64,000 nucleotides of DNA from an uncultured Bacilli bacterium (GCA_944332555.1 CALVKF010000001.1:38452-102451), one strand, 5' to 3'. Positions 50,004-59,965 are shown, counted from the first letter of the stretch. A program made the numbers and translations. Notes: generated from the letters alone by a model not told the origin.

Positions 50004-51164
50004 ATGTTAAATAAAGCAGCATTATATATTAGATTATCTAAAGAAGATAAAAATGAATCTATTAATAATCAAAAACAATTATTAATAAAATATGCTAGTG
50101 AAAATAATATCTCTATCCATGATATTTATATTGATGATGGTTATACCGGAACTAACTTTAATAGACCAGCATTTAATAAATTACTAACAGATATTAATAA
50201 CAAATTAATTGATACTATTATTGTAAAAGATTTATCAAGACTAGGAAGAGATTACATTAAAACAGGAGAATTAATAGAACACTACTTCCCTACCCATAAT
50301 ATTCGTTTTATTGCTATAAATGATTCTATTGATACAATTACTAATAATGCTAATATTGATATAGCTCCCTTTAAATATATTTTAAATGATTTATATGCTA
50401 AAGATCTATCTAAAAAAATTAGAAGTGCTAGAAAAACTATGCAAGAAGCCGGTTTATGGGTAGGAGGTTGTATTCCTCTTGGATATATGCAAAGTACATT
50501 AAATAATAATAAATTAGTTATAAATAAAAAAGAAGAATATATAGTTAAAAAAATATTTAACTTATATTTAAATAATAAAAGTATCAATGATATTAAAAAT
50601 ATATTAAATCAAGAAAATATTCCAACATTTTCTAAATTAAGAAAAAATATTAATAATTCATGGACTAATCAAAGTATCAAAAAGATATTAACTAACCCTA
50701 TTTATACAGGAACCCTCACTCAGAATAAACAACAAAGATTAAGTTATAAATATCGTCATATTATCAATAATCCTAAAGAAGATTGGATTATAGTTAATAA
50801 TACTCATGAAAGTATTATTAACTATAATGATTTTATAAAAGTAAATAAAACACTAAATACCAAGAAAAAATCTAACAAACTAAAAGCTCATTTATTAGAT
50901 AATTTATTATATTGTTATGAATGTAAACATCATCTAGGTATTAGGAAAATAAAAAATAAGTACTATTTATGTTGTAATAATTATCGCTATAATAAATTAA
51001 ATTGTACTGCTCATGGTTTTAATTATCATACTTTAGAAAATGATATTAAAGAAATACTTTATACTAAATTTAATATTAATATAACTAGAGATATATTATT
51101 AAAATTAATAGAAAGAATAGAAATATCCCAAAATAAAAAAGTATTTATTTTTTTTAAGTTCTAA
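50004..51164 (+). CDS. Large serine recombinase (resolvase/invertase N-domain plus recombinase domain plus zinc ribbon)
   Basis: The N-terminus AALYIRLSKEDKNESINNQ carries the catalytic Ser. The motif DLSRLGRD is present. The zinc ribbon is CYECKHHLG...CCNNYRY...CTAH. The protein is 386 aa. Confidence 0.8.
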   Translation: MLNKAALYIRLSKEDKNESINNQKQLLIKYASENNISIHDIYIDDGYTGTNFNRPAFNKLLTDINNKLIDTIIVKDLSRLGRDYIKTGELIEHYFPTHNIRFIAINDSIDTITNNANIDIAPFKYILNDLYAKDLSKKIRSARKTMQEAGLWVGGCIPLGYMQSTLNNNKLVINKKEEYIVKKIFNLYLNNKSINDIKNILNQENIPTFSKLRKNINNSWTNQSIKKILTNPIYTGTLTQNKQQRLSYKYRHIINNPKEDWIIVNNTHESIINYNDFIKVNKTLNTKKKSNKLKAHLLDNLLYCYECKHHLGIRKIKNKYYLCCNNYRYNKLNCTAHGFNYHTLENDIKEILYTKFNINITRDILLKLIERIEISQNKKVFIFFKF

Positions 51165-51194
51165 TTACATACCAGAATATACATACCAGAAGGT

Positions 51195-51599
51195 ATGTCT
51201 ATTGGTGTAGCATTTGGTTCAATTTTTTATGGTATTGAAGGAGCTACAGTATCTGCAGCTATAATGCTTGCTTTAGGTATAGGTATTCAAAACTTTCCTG
51301 AAGGATCAGCAGTATCCCTACCATTAAGACGTGAAGGTTTATCAAGAAAAAAAGCATTTTTCTTCGGTTCCCTTAGTGGCATTGTTGAACCAATATCCGC
51401 AGTAATTGGAGCAATACTAGTATTAAAAGTACAATTTTTATTACCAATATTATTATCATTTGCGGCTGGTGCAATGATTTATGTAGTAATACAAGAATTA
51501 ATACCTGAAAGTCAAACCAATAAAAGAAAAAACCTAATGGCATTATTCACCATATTAGGTTTTGTTATAATGATGATTTTTGACGTAGCCCTAGGTTAA
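51195..51599 (+). pseudogene. zupT: ZupT C-terminal half
   Basis: The sequence MSIGVAFG...IQNFPEGSAVSLPL continues the ZIP-family motifs. Confidence 0.7.
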
Positions 51600-51600
51600 G

Positions 51601-51619
51601 TGATATCAGAGATATCACT
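51601..51619. terminator. Palindromic hairpin between zupT and the convergent paralog gene
   Basis: The hairpin is gtgatatcagagatatcac. Confidence 0.4.
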
Positions 51620-51623
51620 TTTG

Positions 51624-52844
51624 TTATACCACCAAACGAATTGGGTCAGATTGTGTCCCTGTTCCGCTAGAATATTGAACATTTGAGTTGAGGTAAAAGA
51701 CAGGACGGACCCTAGCGGAACTACTATTTAAAATAACATAATTATAAATATACCCCCAACCAATTACATAGAAAACTATATTCGAATTGTCTGAATGGCG
51801 AGTAATTGTCCATTCATCAGAACCCAGATACATCCAATCATAATCTTGGGCTCCTTCATCATATTTATTTAATGGTGTTGCCCAATAATCTGAACTGGCC
51901 GCAAATCCATAATCACTTACATACATTAATCCTATCTTTGCATCATATGTTGTACTACTACTATTTACTCCTACTTCGTAATTATATGCTGTTTGTGGTG
52001 TGCCTGTTCCATTTGATCTGCTCATTCCTCCGACTTTCCAGTTATGATATGATATCAAACTGTCCCAAGAATTCCCAATATTGGTTAAATAAACTTGATT
52101 TAAATTTACTGTATTTAAATTTGATTCACTCCATACATTTGTATTTGTATTATTGTTCCAACGATATTGATACCCCGAATAATATGCTCCATCAGTTCCT
52201 AATAAATTGGTTAATGCAGCAGTTGATTTAATTAATTTTATCTCTGAACCAAACACTCCTATGATTCTGTACAAGTTATCTTCGGGACATATTGTAGCAT
52301 CTGAACCAAAACAAACATAGTTATTTGGATTAGCTCCCGCATATCTATAACTATTATCTCCAGCACCATTCACTAAATCTGCATCATGATAATATATTCC
52401 ATTATCCATATCTCCTGTTATATTATAATAATTTATGATGCATTCCGATAGAGTTTCATCTGGATTACAAACAGAAGCTAAATTAACTTTTTTATCAAAA
52501 TATACATAACAGGCATCAGAAGAGTTAGCTAATAACTTAACACTATTAGTACTACTATCCCATGATAATTCACCGCCATTTTGACAAGCACTTAAAGTTC
52601 CATTAAATTCATAATCATCCCCTGGCCAAGTACCAGATGTTGATTCTTGATACTGTCCACTACCCGCTTCAGTTTCAAGCATAAGCGTTAGAAAACCACC
52701 AATTTGGTTTTCTACTTTTTCTTCTACTTTGGCTTGATATATTTCACTATCAGTAGTTTTATTTACATAAAAATAAATACCTATACCAAGTATAATTACT
52801 AATAAACTACTTATACTAATTAATGCTATTTTTCTTTTACTCAT
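51624..52844 (-). CDS. Membrane-anchored surface protein, paralog family member 2
   Basis: An N-terminal transmembrane helix is followed by the domain SGQYQESTSGTWPGDDYEFNGTLSACQNGGELSWD...CYVYFD. The shared W-rich C-terminal domain ends DPIRLVV. Confidence 0.6.
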   Translation of the reverse strand: MSKRKIALISISSLLVIILGIGIYFYVNKTTDSEIYQAKVEEKVENQIGGFLTLMLETEAGSGQYQESTSGTWPGDDYEFNGTLSACQNGGELSWDSSTNSVKLLANSSDACYVYFDKKVNLASVCNPDETLSECIINYYNITGDMDNGIYYHDADLVNGAGDNSYRYAGANPNNYVCFGSDATICPEDNLYRIIGVFGSEIKLIKSTAALTNLLGTDGAYYSGYQYRWNNNTNTNVWSESNLNTVNLNQVYLTNIGNSWDSLISYHNWKVGGMSRSNGTGTPQTAYNYEVGVNSSSTTYDAKIGLMYVSDYGFAASSDYWATPLNKYDEGAQDYDWMYLGSDEWTITRHSDNSNIVFYVIGWGYIYNYVILNSSSARVRPVFYLNSNVQYSSGTGTQSDPIRLVV

Positions 52845-52859
52845 TACTACTCAACTCCT

Positions 52860-52924
52860 CGTATTATCAATACGGTTATATTACAATTTAATTATATTAT
52901 AATAAAAAACGTATGTCAATACGG
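52860..52924. promoter_or_regulatory. Two palindromic operator-like sites CGTATT-N3-AATACG
   Basis: The sites are cgtattatcaatacgg at 52860..52875 and cgtatgtcaatacgg at 52910..52924. They lie in the divergent promoter region between paralog 2 and the XRE gene. Confidence 0.4.
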
Positions 52925-52944
52925 TTTTTGATATAAATAGCTTG

Positions 52945-53193
52945 ATGATTGATATAATTCAAATGGTGAAAATAATGGAAATAAAAGCAAATAAGTATAA
53001 AGCGAACGAAATACTTAAATTTATAAGACAAAATACTAATTTAACTCAAAAAGAATTTGCTAAAGGAGTTAATAAATCAGAAGATTGGGAATACTCTAAT
53101 GAAGCTGGTAGAAGCAGATACTATTTTAGTGATTTAATTGAAATTTGTAATAAGTATGATTTAGAAATTATTATTAAAGACAAAGAAAAATAA
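52945..53193 (+). CDS. XRE-like HTH regulator
   Basis: The HTH motif is NLTQKEFAKGVNKSEDW. The real start is probably ATG 52975 (MEIKANKY) behind GGTGA. Confidence 0.55.
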   Translation: MIDIIQMVKIMEIKANKYKANEILKFIRQNTNLTQKEFAKGVNKSEDWEYSNEAGRSRYYFSDLIEICNKYDLEIIIKDKEK

Positions 53194-53195
53194 AG

Positions 53196-53227
53196 AAAAA
53201 TGCATTATTTTGCATTTTTCTTTATTT
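53196..53227. terminator. Bidirectional terminator
   Basis: The hairpin aaagaaaaatgca-ttatt-ttgcatttttcttt has a perfect 13-bp stem. Confidence 0.6.
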
Positions 53228-53283
53228 TACATTAACAATATTTCTTAACATTTTTTAAGTAATAATATCAGAAATTACATTTG

Positions 53284-54945
53284 TTATACTACCAAACGAA
53301 TTGGATCAGAACTTGTTCCTGTACCACTAGCATATTCTACATTGGAATTTAAGTAAAATGTTGGTCTAACTTCATTAGTATTATTATAGACATTATCATT
53401 ACTAATAATACCACCATAAGTACTATATACACGAAATGCATAACGAGACTGATCCAAATAACGAGTAATAAGCCACTCACTAGAACCCAGATATAACCAG
53501 TTATTATTTGCTACATTACTATAATTATTTAAATGTGTTGTCCAATATGTATTGCTTGTTCCAAAACCATAATCACTTATATACATTAATCCTATTTTAG
53601 CAATATATGTTGTACTACTACTATTTGTTCCTACTTCATAGCTATATGCTATTTGTGGTGTACTTTGTCCATTCGAAGAAAATATTCCTCCAACTTTCCA
53701 TATATGATTTGTTATTTTACTATTCCAAGTATTCCCTAAACTATTTAAATATGTCTCATTCAATACATTAGTATTTAATGTGCTTTCGCTCCATACATCA
53801 CTTCTATTAGTAGATGAACCGCTCCAACGATAACTTCCATAACTTATATTTTTTATTAGTTTAACCTCTCCATCAAAAATCCCAATAATCCGATATAGGT
53901 TATTACTTGGGCAGGTTGCTGCATCTGAACCAAAACATACATAATTATTTGGATTTGCTCCAGCATATCTATATGAATTATCCCCAGCTGAATTTGCTAG
54001 TGAACTGGTATGATAATATATGCCATTTGAACCTTGACTTGTATATAATCCTTTTATATAATCAGCTAATAATATTATATTTTCTGTTTCGGCATTTATT
54101 GTATATACATTGGAATCTACTCCGTTAGTATCTCTTACATATACTCTTATACTATAACTTTGTCCTGCACTTAGTCCACTAAATGTATAACTGTTTGAGC
54201 TACTACTTGTGTATGAACCATTATTTATTGAATAATAATATGTTTGAATAGTATTTGTTCCTGCACTTGCACTCACACTTACTGTTATACTATTATTACT
54301 TACACTTGTTGCTGTTACACTATTGACTACTGGATTTACATATGCATCTGTTATTACTTCTATTATCTCTTCATTTGATTCATAACCTTCACTATCTACT
54401 GCATATACTTGGAATGTGTATTTAGTATTATCTGTTAGATTACTAAAAGTATAACTTGATGTATTACTTGTTTGATAACTATTTCCTCCATCCATACTAA
54501 AGTAATATGTTGCTACTGGATTTTCTCCAGCATCTACTGTTACTGTTAAAGTAACACTATTAGTTGTTTTAGTTGCAGATACATTTGTAATAGTTACTAC
54601 ATTATATAAATCAAAATATACATAACAACCATCAGATTTATTACTTAATAATTCTACTATGCCATTTTCTCTATCCCATCTAAGTTCTCCGCCATTTTCA
54701 CATCTACTTAATTCACTATTAAATGCATAATTACCACTTGGCCATGTGTTAGTTGTTGATTCTTGATATGTTCCATCACTTTGTTCTAACATTAATGTTA
54801 GAAATGAATTATTGATTAAATTTTTATCATTATTACTTAATACAATATTTTCTTCACTTTTAAATAAAGTAAGTGACAATGTAATAGCAAATATTGCTAT
54901 TACAAATATAGTGCTTATTCCAATTAATACTTTTTTATTTTTCAT
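53284..54945 (-). CDS. Membrane-anchored surface protein, paralog family member 3, with three FN3-like repeats
   Basis: The start is reassigned to ATG 54945 (MKNKKVLIGISTIFVIAI). It has the same N-domain and C-terminal W-rich domain as member 2. The FN3-like repeats contain the blocks VTLTVTVDAG...YTFSNLTDNTKYTFQVYAVD. Confidence 0.65.
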   Translation of the reverse strand: MKNKKVLIGISTIFVIAIFAITLSLTLFKSEENIVLSNNDKNLINNSFLTLMLEQSDGTYQESTTNTWPSGNYAFNSELSRCENGGELRWDRENGIVELLSNKSDGCYVYFDLYNVVTITNVSATKTTNSVTLTVTVDAGENPVATYYFSMDGGNSYQTSNTSSYTFSNLTDNTKYTFQVYAVDSEGYESNEEIIEVITDAYVNPVVNSVTATSVSNNSITVSVSASAGTNTIQTYYYSINNGSYTSSSSNSYTFSGLSAGQSYSIRVYVRDTNGVDSNVYTINAETENIILLADYIKGLYTSQGSNGIYYHTSSLANSAGDNSYRYAGANPNNYVCFGSDAATCPSNNLYRIIGIFDGEVKLIKNISYGSYRWSGSSTNRSDVWSESTLNTNVLNETYLNSLGNTWNSKITNHIWKVGGIFSSNGQSTPQIAYSYEVGTNSSSTTYIAKIGLMYISDYGFGTSNTYWTTHLNNYSNVANNNWLYLGSSEWLITRYLDQSRYAFRVYSTYGGIISNDNVYNNTNEVRPTFYLNSNVEYASGTGTSSDPIRLVV

Positions 54946-54972
54946 ATAATCTAATACACATCCTTTATCATT

Positions 54973-55014
54973 TGTACACAATTGTATTATACCATACACA
55001 TGTGTACATTTCAA
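54973..55014 (-). promoter_or_regulatory. Promoter TTGAAA-17-TATAAT for paralog 3, with an overlapping 9-bp inverted repeat ATGTACACA-N20-TGTGTACAT
   Basis: The -35 hexamer lies at 55014..55009 and the -10 hexamer at 54991..54986 on the minus strand. The IR arms at 54973..54980 and 55001..55008 bracket the spacer. Confidence 0.55.
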
Positions 55015-55062
55015 TATTAAAGCAAACATAATATAATAAATGTAAAAGAAAGGAGTGCACAT

Positions 55063-55224
55063 ATGGATTCAGTAACTATAACATTTAGAACTACAGAAGA
55101 AATAAAGAAAAAATTAGACAATATTGCTTTAGATCAAAATAGAACTCTATCAAATATGATAGAAACTATAATCCTTAAATGGTTAGAAGAAAATGATGAA
55201 AAGGCTCAAAAAAGCAATAAATAA
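55063..55224 (+). CDS. Ribbon-helix-helix (CopG/Arc/MetJ-like) DNA-binding protein, 53 aa
   Basis: The translation is MDSVTITFRTTEEIKKKLDNIALDQNRTLSNMIETIILKWLEENDEKAQKSNK. The RBS is AAAGGAG. It was not in the ORF track because it is under 60 aa. Confidence 0.6.
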   Translation: MDSVTITFRTTEEIKKKLDNIALDQNRTLSNMIETIILKWLEENDEKAQKSNK

Positions 55225-55248
55225 ACCAGTGAAATTTTTCACTGGTTT
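55223..55248. terminator. Bidirectional terminator shared by the RHH gene and mutS
   Basis: The hairpin is aaaccagtgaaatttttcactggttt. Confidence 0.65.
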
Positions 55249-55253
55249 ATTCA

Positions 55254-57806
55254 CTAATTAGTGTTTTTAATCTCTTCTTTTAATTCATATAATAAATTTA
55301 GAGCAGCAATTGGTGTTGTATTCATTAGATCAACATTTTCTATTTTTTTCTTTATGTTATCTTCTTTTTCTTCAGTTTTAAAGAAATCCATACTTAATTG
55401 GACTTTTTCATGTCCTTCTTTTTTCTTGGCGTTTGTTTCATATTCACTTAATATTACACTAGCTCTATCCAGTAATTCTTCTGGCATTTTAGCTAATCTT
55501 GCTACATGTATTCCATAACTTTTATCTACTGCTCCATCTTTAACCTTATGTAAAAATGTTATATTATTACCATTTTCAACAGCACTTACATGAACATTTT
55601 TAATATTTTTAAATTTTCTATCTAATTTGGTAAGTTCATGGTAATGAGTAGAAAATAAAGTAAAAGATTTAATATTCTCACTAATATATTCAAGTATTGC
55701 TTGAGCTAAACTCATACCATCATATGTCGCTGTACCTCTTCCAAGTTCATCAAATAATATCAAACTATTACTTGTGGCATTAACTATTGCATTTCTAGCT
55801 TCTTTCATTTCCACCATAAAAGTAGATTCTCCACTTACTAGATCATCACTAGCACCAATTCTAGTAAATATTTTATCAATAATAGGTAATTGAGCGGATG
55901 AAGCCGGAACAAAAGAACCCATTTGAGCCATAATTACAATTATAGCTAGTTGTCTCATAAAAGTCGATTTACCACTCATATTTGGTCCAGTAATAAGTAA
56001 AGTATTGATATTACCTTCCATGATACAATCATTTGGAACATATTCATTTTTACTTACCTTTTCTATAACAGGATGTCTACCATCTTTAATAACAATTTTC
56101 TTTTCATCAATTATTTTAGGTCTAACTAAATTATATTCTTCACTACAAATTGCCAAAGATAAAATAGCATCAATTTCACTTAATAGACCGGCGGTTTCAA
56201 TAATACTTGGTACATCTTTTTTTAATTTATCTCTTATTTCACAAAATATTTTATATTCTAAATTCATAATATTTTCTTCAGCATTTAATATTAAGGCTTC
56301 TTTTTCTTTTAATTCTGGTGATATATATCTCTCACAATTACTTAAAGTTTGTTTTCTTTGCCACATATATTCATCTTTTACCAGATTTTTAGCCCCATTA
56401 GGAATTTCAATATAATAACCAAACACTTTATTAAAACCAACTTTTAAATTTTTAATACCGGTCTCTTCTTTAACTTTAGCTTCAAATTTAGCCACAAAAT
56501 CTTTACCACCACTACGAATTAATCTAAGTTCATCTAAATCACTATCATAACCTTTTTTAATAATATTTCCTTCTCTAACACTTATTGGTGGTTCTTCCGC
56601 AATTGCTGTTGCAAGTAAAATATAAATATCTTCTAATGGATTAATTTCATAATTAAAACCTAATTTTTCTATTATATCTTTAATATTTGGTAATACTTCT
56701 AAACTATTTTTTAATTGTAATAAATCTCTAGCATTTAGACTTCCATTAATTATTTTACCTGCTAATCTTTCAATATCATAAACTTTATCTAAATCTTGAA
56801 TTAATTCATCTTTTAAAATAAATTCATTATTTAATGTTTCTATTTTATCTAATCTTTGATTTATTTTATTTTTATCTTTTAAAGGATTTAATAACCAACT
56901 TTTAAGTTTCCTACTTCCCATAGCAGTTTTACATTTATCTAGTAACCATATAAGAGAATACGTTCTTTCTTTTAATCTAATCGTTTCTACTAATTCTAAA
57001 TTTCTAACAGTATGAACATCCATTTCTAAATAATCATTAACATGTAATATTTCTAAATGATTAATATGACTTAAATCTTTTAATTGACGATTCGCCAAAT
57101 AATAAAATAAATGTTGAACACCTCTTTTATGCCGAAAATTGCTAATTTTATCTATAAAATCTTGATATTTATCTTCTAATAAATTACTAGAAATAGTTAC
57201 TTCTATATGATAAGTATTTTTTAATGTTTCAATAAATTCAGCATTACTATTATCCATTAATACTATTTCTTTAATATTATAATTTAATATTTCATTTATT
57301 AAATCATCCATATTATTATCTATAGTTAAATTAGCTAAAAAACTAGTAGATATATCTAATATTGTAATATTTATAGCATCTTGATAAAAATTAATACCTG
57401 CAATAAAAGAAGTTTCTAAATCATTTAATAAATCATTATCAGCAATAGTTCCTTTACTAATTACATCAACGATACCTCTTTTAACCATTCTATTGCCCGT
57501 GGTTTTAGGGTCTTCCAATTGCTCACAAATAGCTACTCTATATCCTTTATTAACTAATTTTTCAATATAACTCTTAACATTATTATGAGGTACTCCACAC
57601 ATTGGAACTCGTTCATTTAGCCCTGCAACTCTTCCTGTAAGTGTTAATTCTAGTTCCCTTGATGCAACTAACGCATCATCAAAAAACATTTCATAAAAAT
57701 CTCCCAGACGATAAAATACTAATTCTTCGGGATATTGGTCTTTTATTTCCATGTATTGTTGCATCATGGGACTTAATTTATTTCTATCTACTTCACTACG
57801 TAACAT
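55254..57806 (-). CDS. mutS: DNA mismatch repair protein MutS
   Basis: The ORF is 850 aa. The N-terminus PMMQQYMEIKDQYPEELVFYRLGDFYEMF and the Walker A GPNMSGKST are present. Confidence 0.9.
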   Translation of the reverse strand: MLRSEVDRNKLSPMMQQYMEIKDQYPEELVFYRLGDFYEMFFDDALVASRELELTLTGRVAGLNERVPMCGVPHNNVKSYIEKLVNKGYRVAICEQLEDPKTTGNRMVKRGIVDVISKGTIADNDLLNDLETSFIAGINFYQDAINITILDISTSFLANLTIDNNMDDLINEILNYNIKEIVLMDNSNAEFIETLKNTYHIEVTISSNLLEDKYQDFIDKISNFRHKRGVQHLFYYLANRQLKDLSHINHLEILHVNDYLEMDVHTVRNLELVETIRLKERTYSLIWLLDKCKTAMGSRKLKSWLLNPLKDKNKINQRLDKIETLNNEFILKDELIQDLDKVYDIERLAGKIINGSLNARDLLQLKNSLEVLPNIKDIIEKLGFNYEINPLEDIYILLATAIAEEPPISVREGNIIKKGYDSDLDELRLIRSGGKDFVAKFEAKVKEETGIKNLKVGFNKVFGYYIEIPNGAKNLVKDEYMWQRKQTLSNCERYISPELKEKEALILNAEENIMNLEYKIFCEIRDKLKKDVPSIIETAGLLSEIDAILSLAICSEEYNLVRPKIIDEKKIVIKDGRHPVIEKVSKNEYVPNDCIMEGNINTLLITGPNMSGKSTFMRQLAIIVIMAQMGSFVPASSAQLPIIDKIFTRIGASDDLVSGESTFMVEMKEARNAIVNATSNSLILFDELGRGTATYDGMSLAQAILEYISENIKSFTLFSTHYHELTKLDRKFKNIKNVHVSAVENGNNITFLHKVKDGAVDKSYGIHVARLAKMPEELLDRASVILSEYETNAKKKEGHEKVQLSMDFFKTEEKEDNIKKKIENVDLMNTTPIAALNLLYELKEEIKNTN

Positions 57807-57836
57807 TCAAAACACCTGAATGTATTATATCATATT

Positions 57837-59825
57837 TTAAGCTAATTTAAATCTTTTTTTATCAATAAATAGAATTATTTCTTCTAAATACATTCCGGTA
57901 TCAGGTACTTTAATACTGATCTTCTTATTAGTAATATTAACTGTAATTACTTCAGAACTTTCTAATATATTAAAATATATCTTATCACTTAATACTTGAT
58001 AACCCGGGCTTGCAACACTCTCTTTAATATAATAACTTCCAAGTGGTAATTCTAAAACTTCTAATACTCCCAAATTATTAGTTAGACCACTAAAAATTAA
58101 TGCCCCATCTTCATTAAATATATTAAAACCTGTTCCTTCCAGAGGTAAATTATTATCTCCAATCTTATTAATTATTAATTTCCCCTTCTTTAAATAATTA
58201 CTAATAGTTACTTCTTCTTCACTATTTTCTTTGACTATTACTTTATAGTAATTTTCATCTAATTCATATTCTACTAAATTACTTAATTCTCTTACATAAT
58301 ATTTACCACATACTAAATTATCAAATATTACTTCGCCATATTCATTAGTAGTACTCACTTTAACTAAATTTTTATTTTGATCATATAATCCAATTTCTAT
58401 ATTTTTAGCTAAGGCCATATCTTTATTAGCTAATTCCTTATATTTTATCACCTTTACTTTACCTTTTTTTAATTCATTATACACTTTTATTTCCTCCACA
58501 CTTCCTTCATTATTAACTATTTTTACTTCAACTATAAAATCATCACTAACTATATAATCATCTTTTTTAGTTAATTCTTTTATTTTATATTTACCTAACT
58601 CTAAATTATCAAATATAATTTCCCCATCTTGATTAGTTTTATTAGTCCTAATTAAATTATCAAACATATCATATAAACCAAATTCAATACCACTAGCTAA
58701 TACATATTTTAGCTCTTGATCAAATTCTTCTTGATATTTAATTATTTTTATTTGACCAGTAATCTTTTTATTATAAAAATCAACATTTATATTACTAGCA
58801 TTTAAAAAAATATCTAAATATTCATCATTAATCATATACCCTGTAATAACTTGGGTATTATCTTCTTTCAAATAATATTTACCTACTTTTAAATTATTAA
58901 ATATCGCCATACCATCAGCATTAGTTTTTGTTGTACTTACTAAATTATGTTCTTCATCATAAAGTAAAAACTTAATACCTGCGATATTTAGATTTTCTAA
59001 AGTATCATAATCTTTTTTAAATACAGTTATTTGACAAGGAATAATATTGATATTTATCTTTATTTCTTGATCAGAAATATTTCCTACAGCCATAGCTTTT
59101 TGACTTTCAGAATCAATATATACTAATGCTGAAGTTTCATAATTATCACTTTTTTTTACTAATTCAATGGCAAAACTCCCTATTTTATTACCATTTATTT
59201 TTAATTTATTGTCCTGAATTTGAACTAAATCAAAATCTTCAATTATTTCATAATCACTTAATACCCCACTAGCATCAGTAATAATGGTATCTTCTCCATA
59301 TAAAAGATTTACATCATTTAATGCAGGTAACAATTTATGTCTACTGACTAAAGATTCAATTTCTTTTATTTCATCTTGATATAAATTATTGTTAATATTG
59401 CCCCCTAAAGTGTCTGTAAAATAAAACTGGGCATTCGGAGCAACTTTTCGCCAAATCATCATTTGCGTAATATAATACCAATAATCTTCAGTATGATCAT
59501 CATACATATACCCATAATAAGCAATCAATGAAATATCTTCCCAAACTTCTTCACTAATATTTAAATCATCTAAAAAGTCCTTACTATACTCTTCATATTC
59601 ATCTCCATCAATTAATGCAATAAATGGCTCTAAACAATAAACAAAAGCATTATCACTAACTCGTCTTAAAAAACCACCTTGTTTATTAGTTATTTTACCT
59701 GATTCATCAATTTTTCTAATAAACATACCCGGTATTTTATCCCCAACATATATTCTTTCACTACTAGCACTAACTACATTTGTAGCTAATAAAAAACCTA
59801 TTAAAAAAAATATTACTTTCTTCAT
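57837..59825 (-). CDS. Thioester-domain (TED) surface adhesin with five CnaB-like repeats and a C-terminal VPDTG sorting-like signal
   Basis: A signal peptide is present. The sequence FVYCLEPF...YYITQMMIW is the Cys/Gln thioester motif pair. The block GxxFxLYD...TNxxGxxxFxNLxxGKYxxKE is repeated 5 times. The C-terminus reads KVPDTGMYLEEIILFIDKKRFKLA. Confidence 0.6.
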   Translation of the reverse strand: MKKVIFFLIGFLLATNVVSASSERIYVGDKIPGMFIRKIDESGKITNKQGGFLRRVSDNAFVYCLEPFIALIDGDEYEEYSKDFLDDLNISEEVWEDISLIAYYGYMYDDHTEDYWYYITQMMIWRKVAPNAQFYFTDTLGGNINNNLYQDEIKEIESLVSRHKLLPALNDVNLLYGEDTIITDASGVLSDYEIIEDFDLVQIQDNKLKINGNKIGSFAIELVKKSDNYETSALVYIDSESQKAMAVGNISDQEIKININIIPCQITVFKKDYDTLENLNIAGIKFLLYDEEHNLVSTTKTNADGMAIFNNLKVGKYYLKEDNTQVITGYMINDEYLDIFLNASNINVDFYNKKITGQIKIIKYQEEFDQELKYVLASGIEFGLYDMFDNLIRTNKTNQDGEIIFDNLELGKYKIKELTKKDDYIVSDDFIVEVKIVNNEGSVEEIKVYNELKKGKVKVIKYKELANKDMALAKNIEIGLYDQNKNLVKVSTTNEYGEVIFDNLVCGKYYVRELSNLVEYELDENYYKVIVKENSEEEVTISNYLKKGKLIINKIGDNNLPLEGTGFNIFNEDGALIFSGLTNNLGVLEVLELPLGSYYIKESVASPGYQVLSDKIYFNILESSEVITVNITNKKISIKVPDTGMYLEEIILFIDKKRFKLA

Positions 59826-59940
59826 TCCAAACCTCCTTTGCTAATATTTTTTTTAAATTTCTAATTTCATTTATCACCTCCCTCTATTATATATTTTCAA
59901 CAAAAGTAGTCAAAATTCTTTTTTTTAGCCAAATTTTTTT

Positions 59941-59965
59941 CTAAAAACAAAAAAAACGTTCATTC
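59941..59965 (-). terminator. Terminator downstream of the DUF4176 gene
   Basis: On the minus strand the hairpin is aacgttcgaatgaacgtt, followed by tttttttg. Confidence 0.5.

Larger units (their letters stand above)
47852..51180. mobile_element. ~3.3-kb integrated element carrying a large serine recombinase, inserted in zupT
   Basis: It is flanked by the 14-bp direct repeats ACATACCAGAAGGT at 47838..47851 and 51181..51194. A partial third copy TTACATACCAGAA lies at 51165..51177. Joining the flanks restores an in-frame zupT (..HNIPEG-MSIGVAFG..). Confidence 0.7.
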
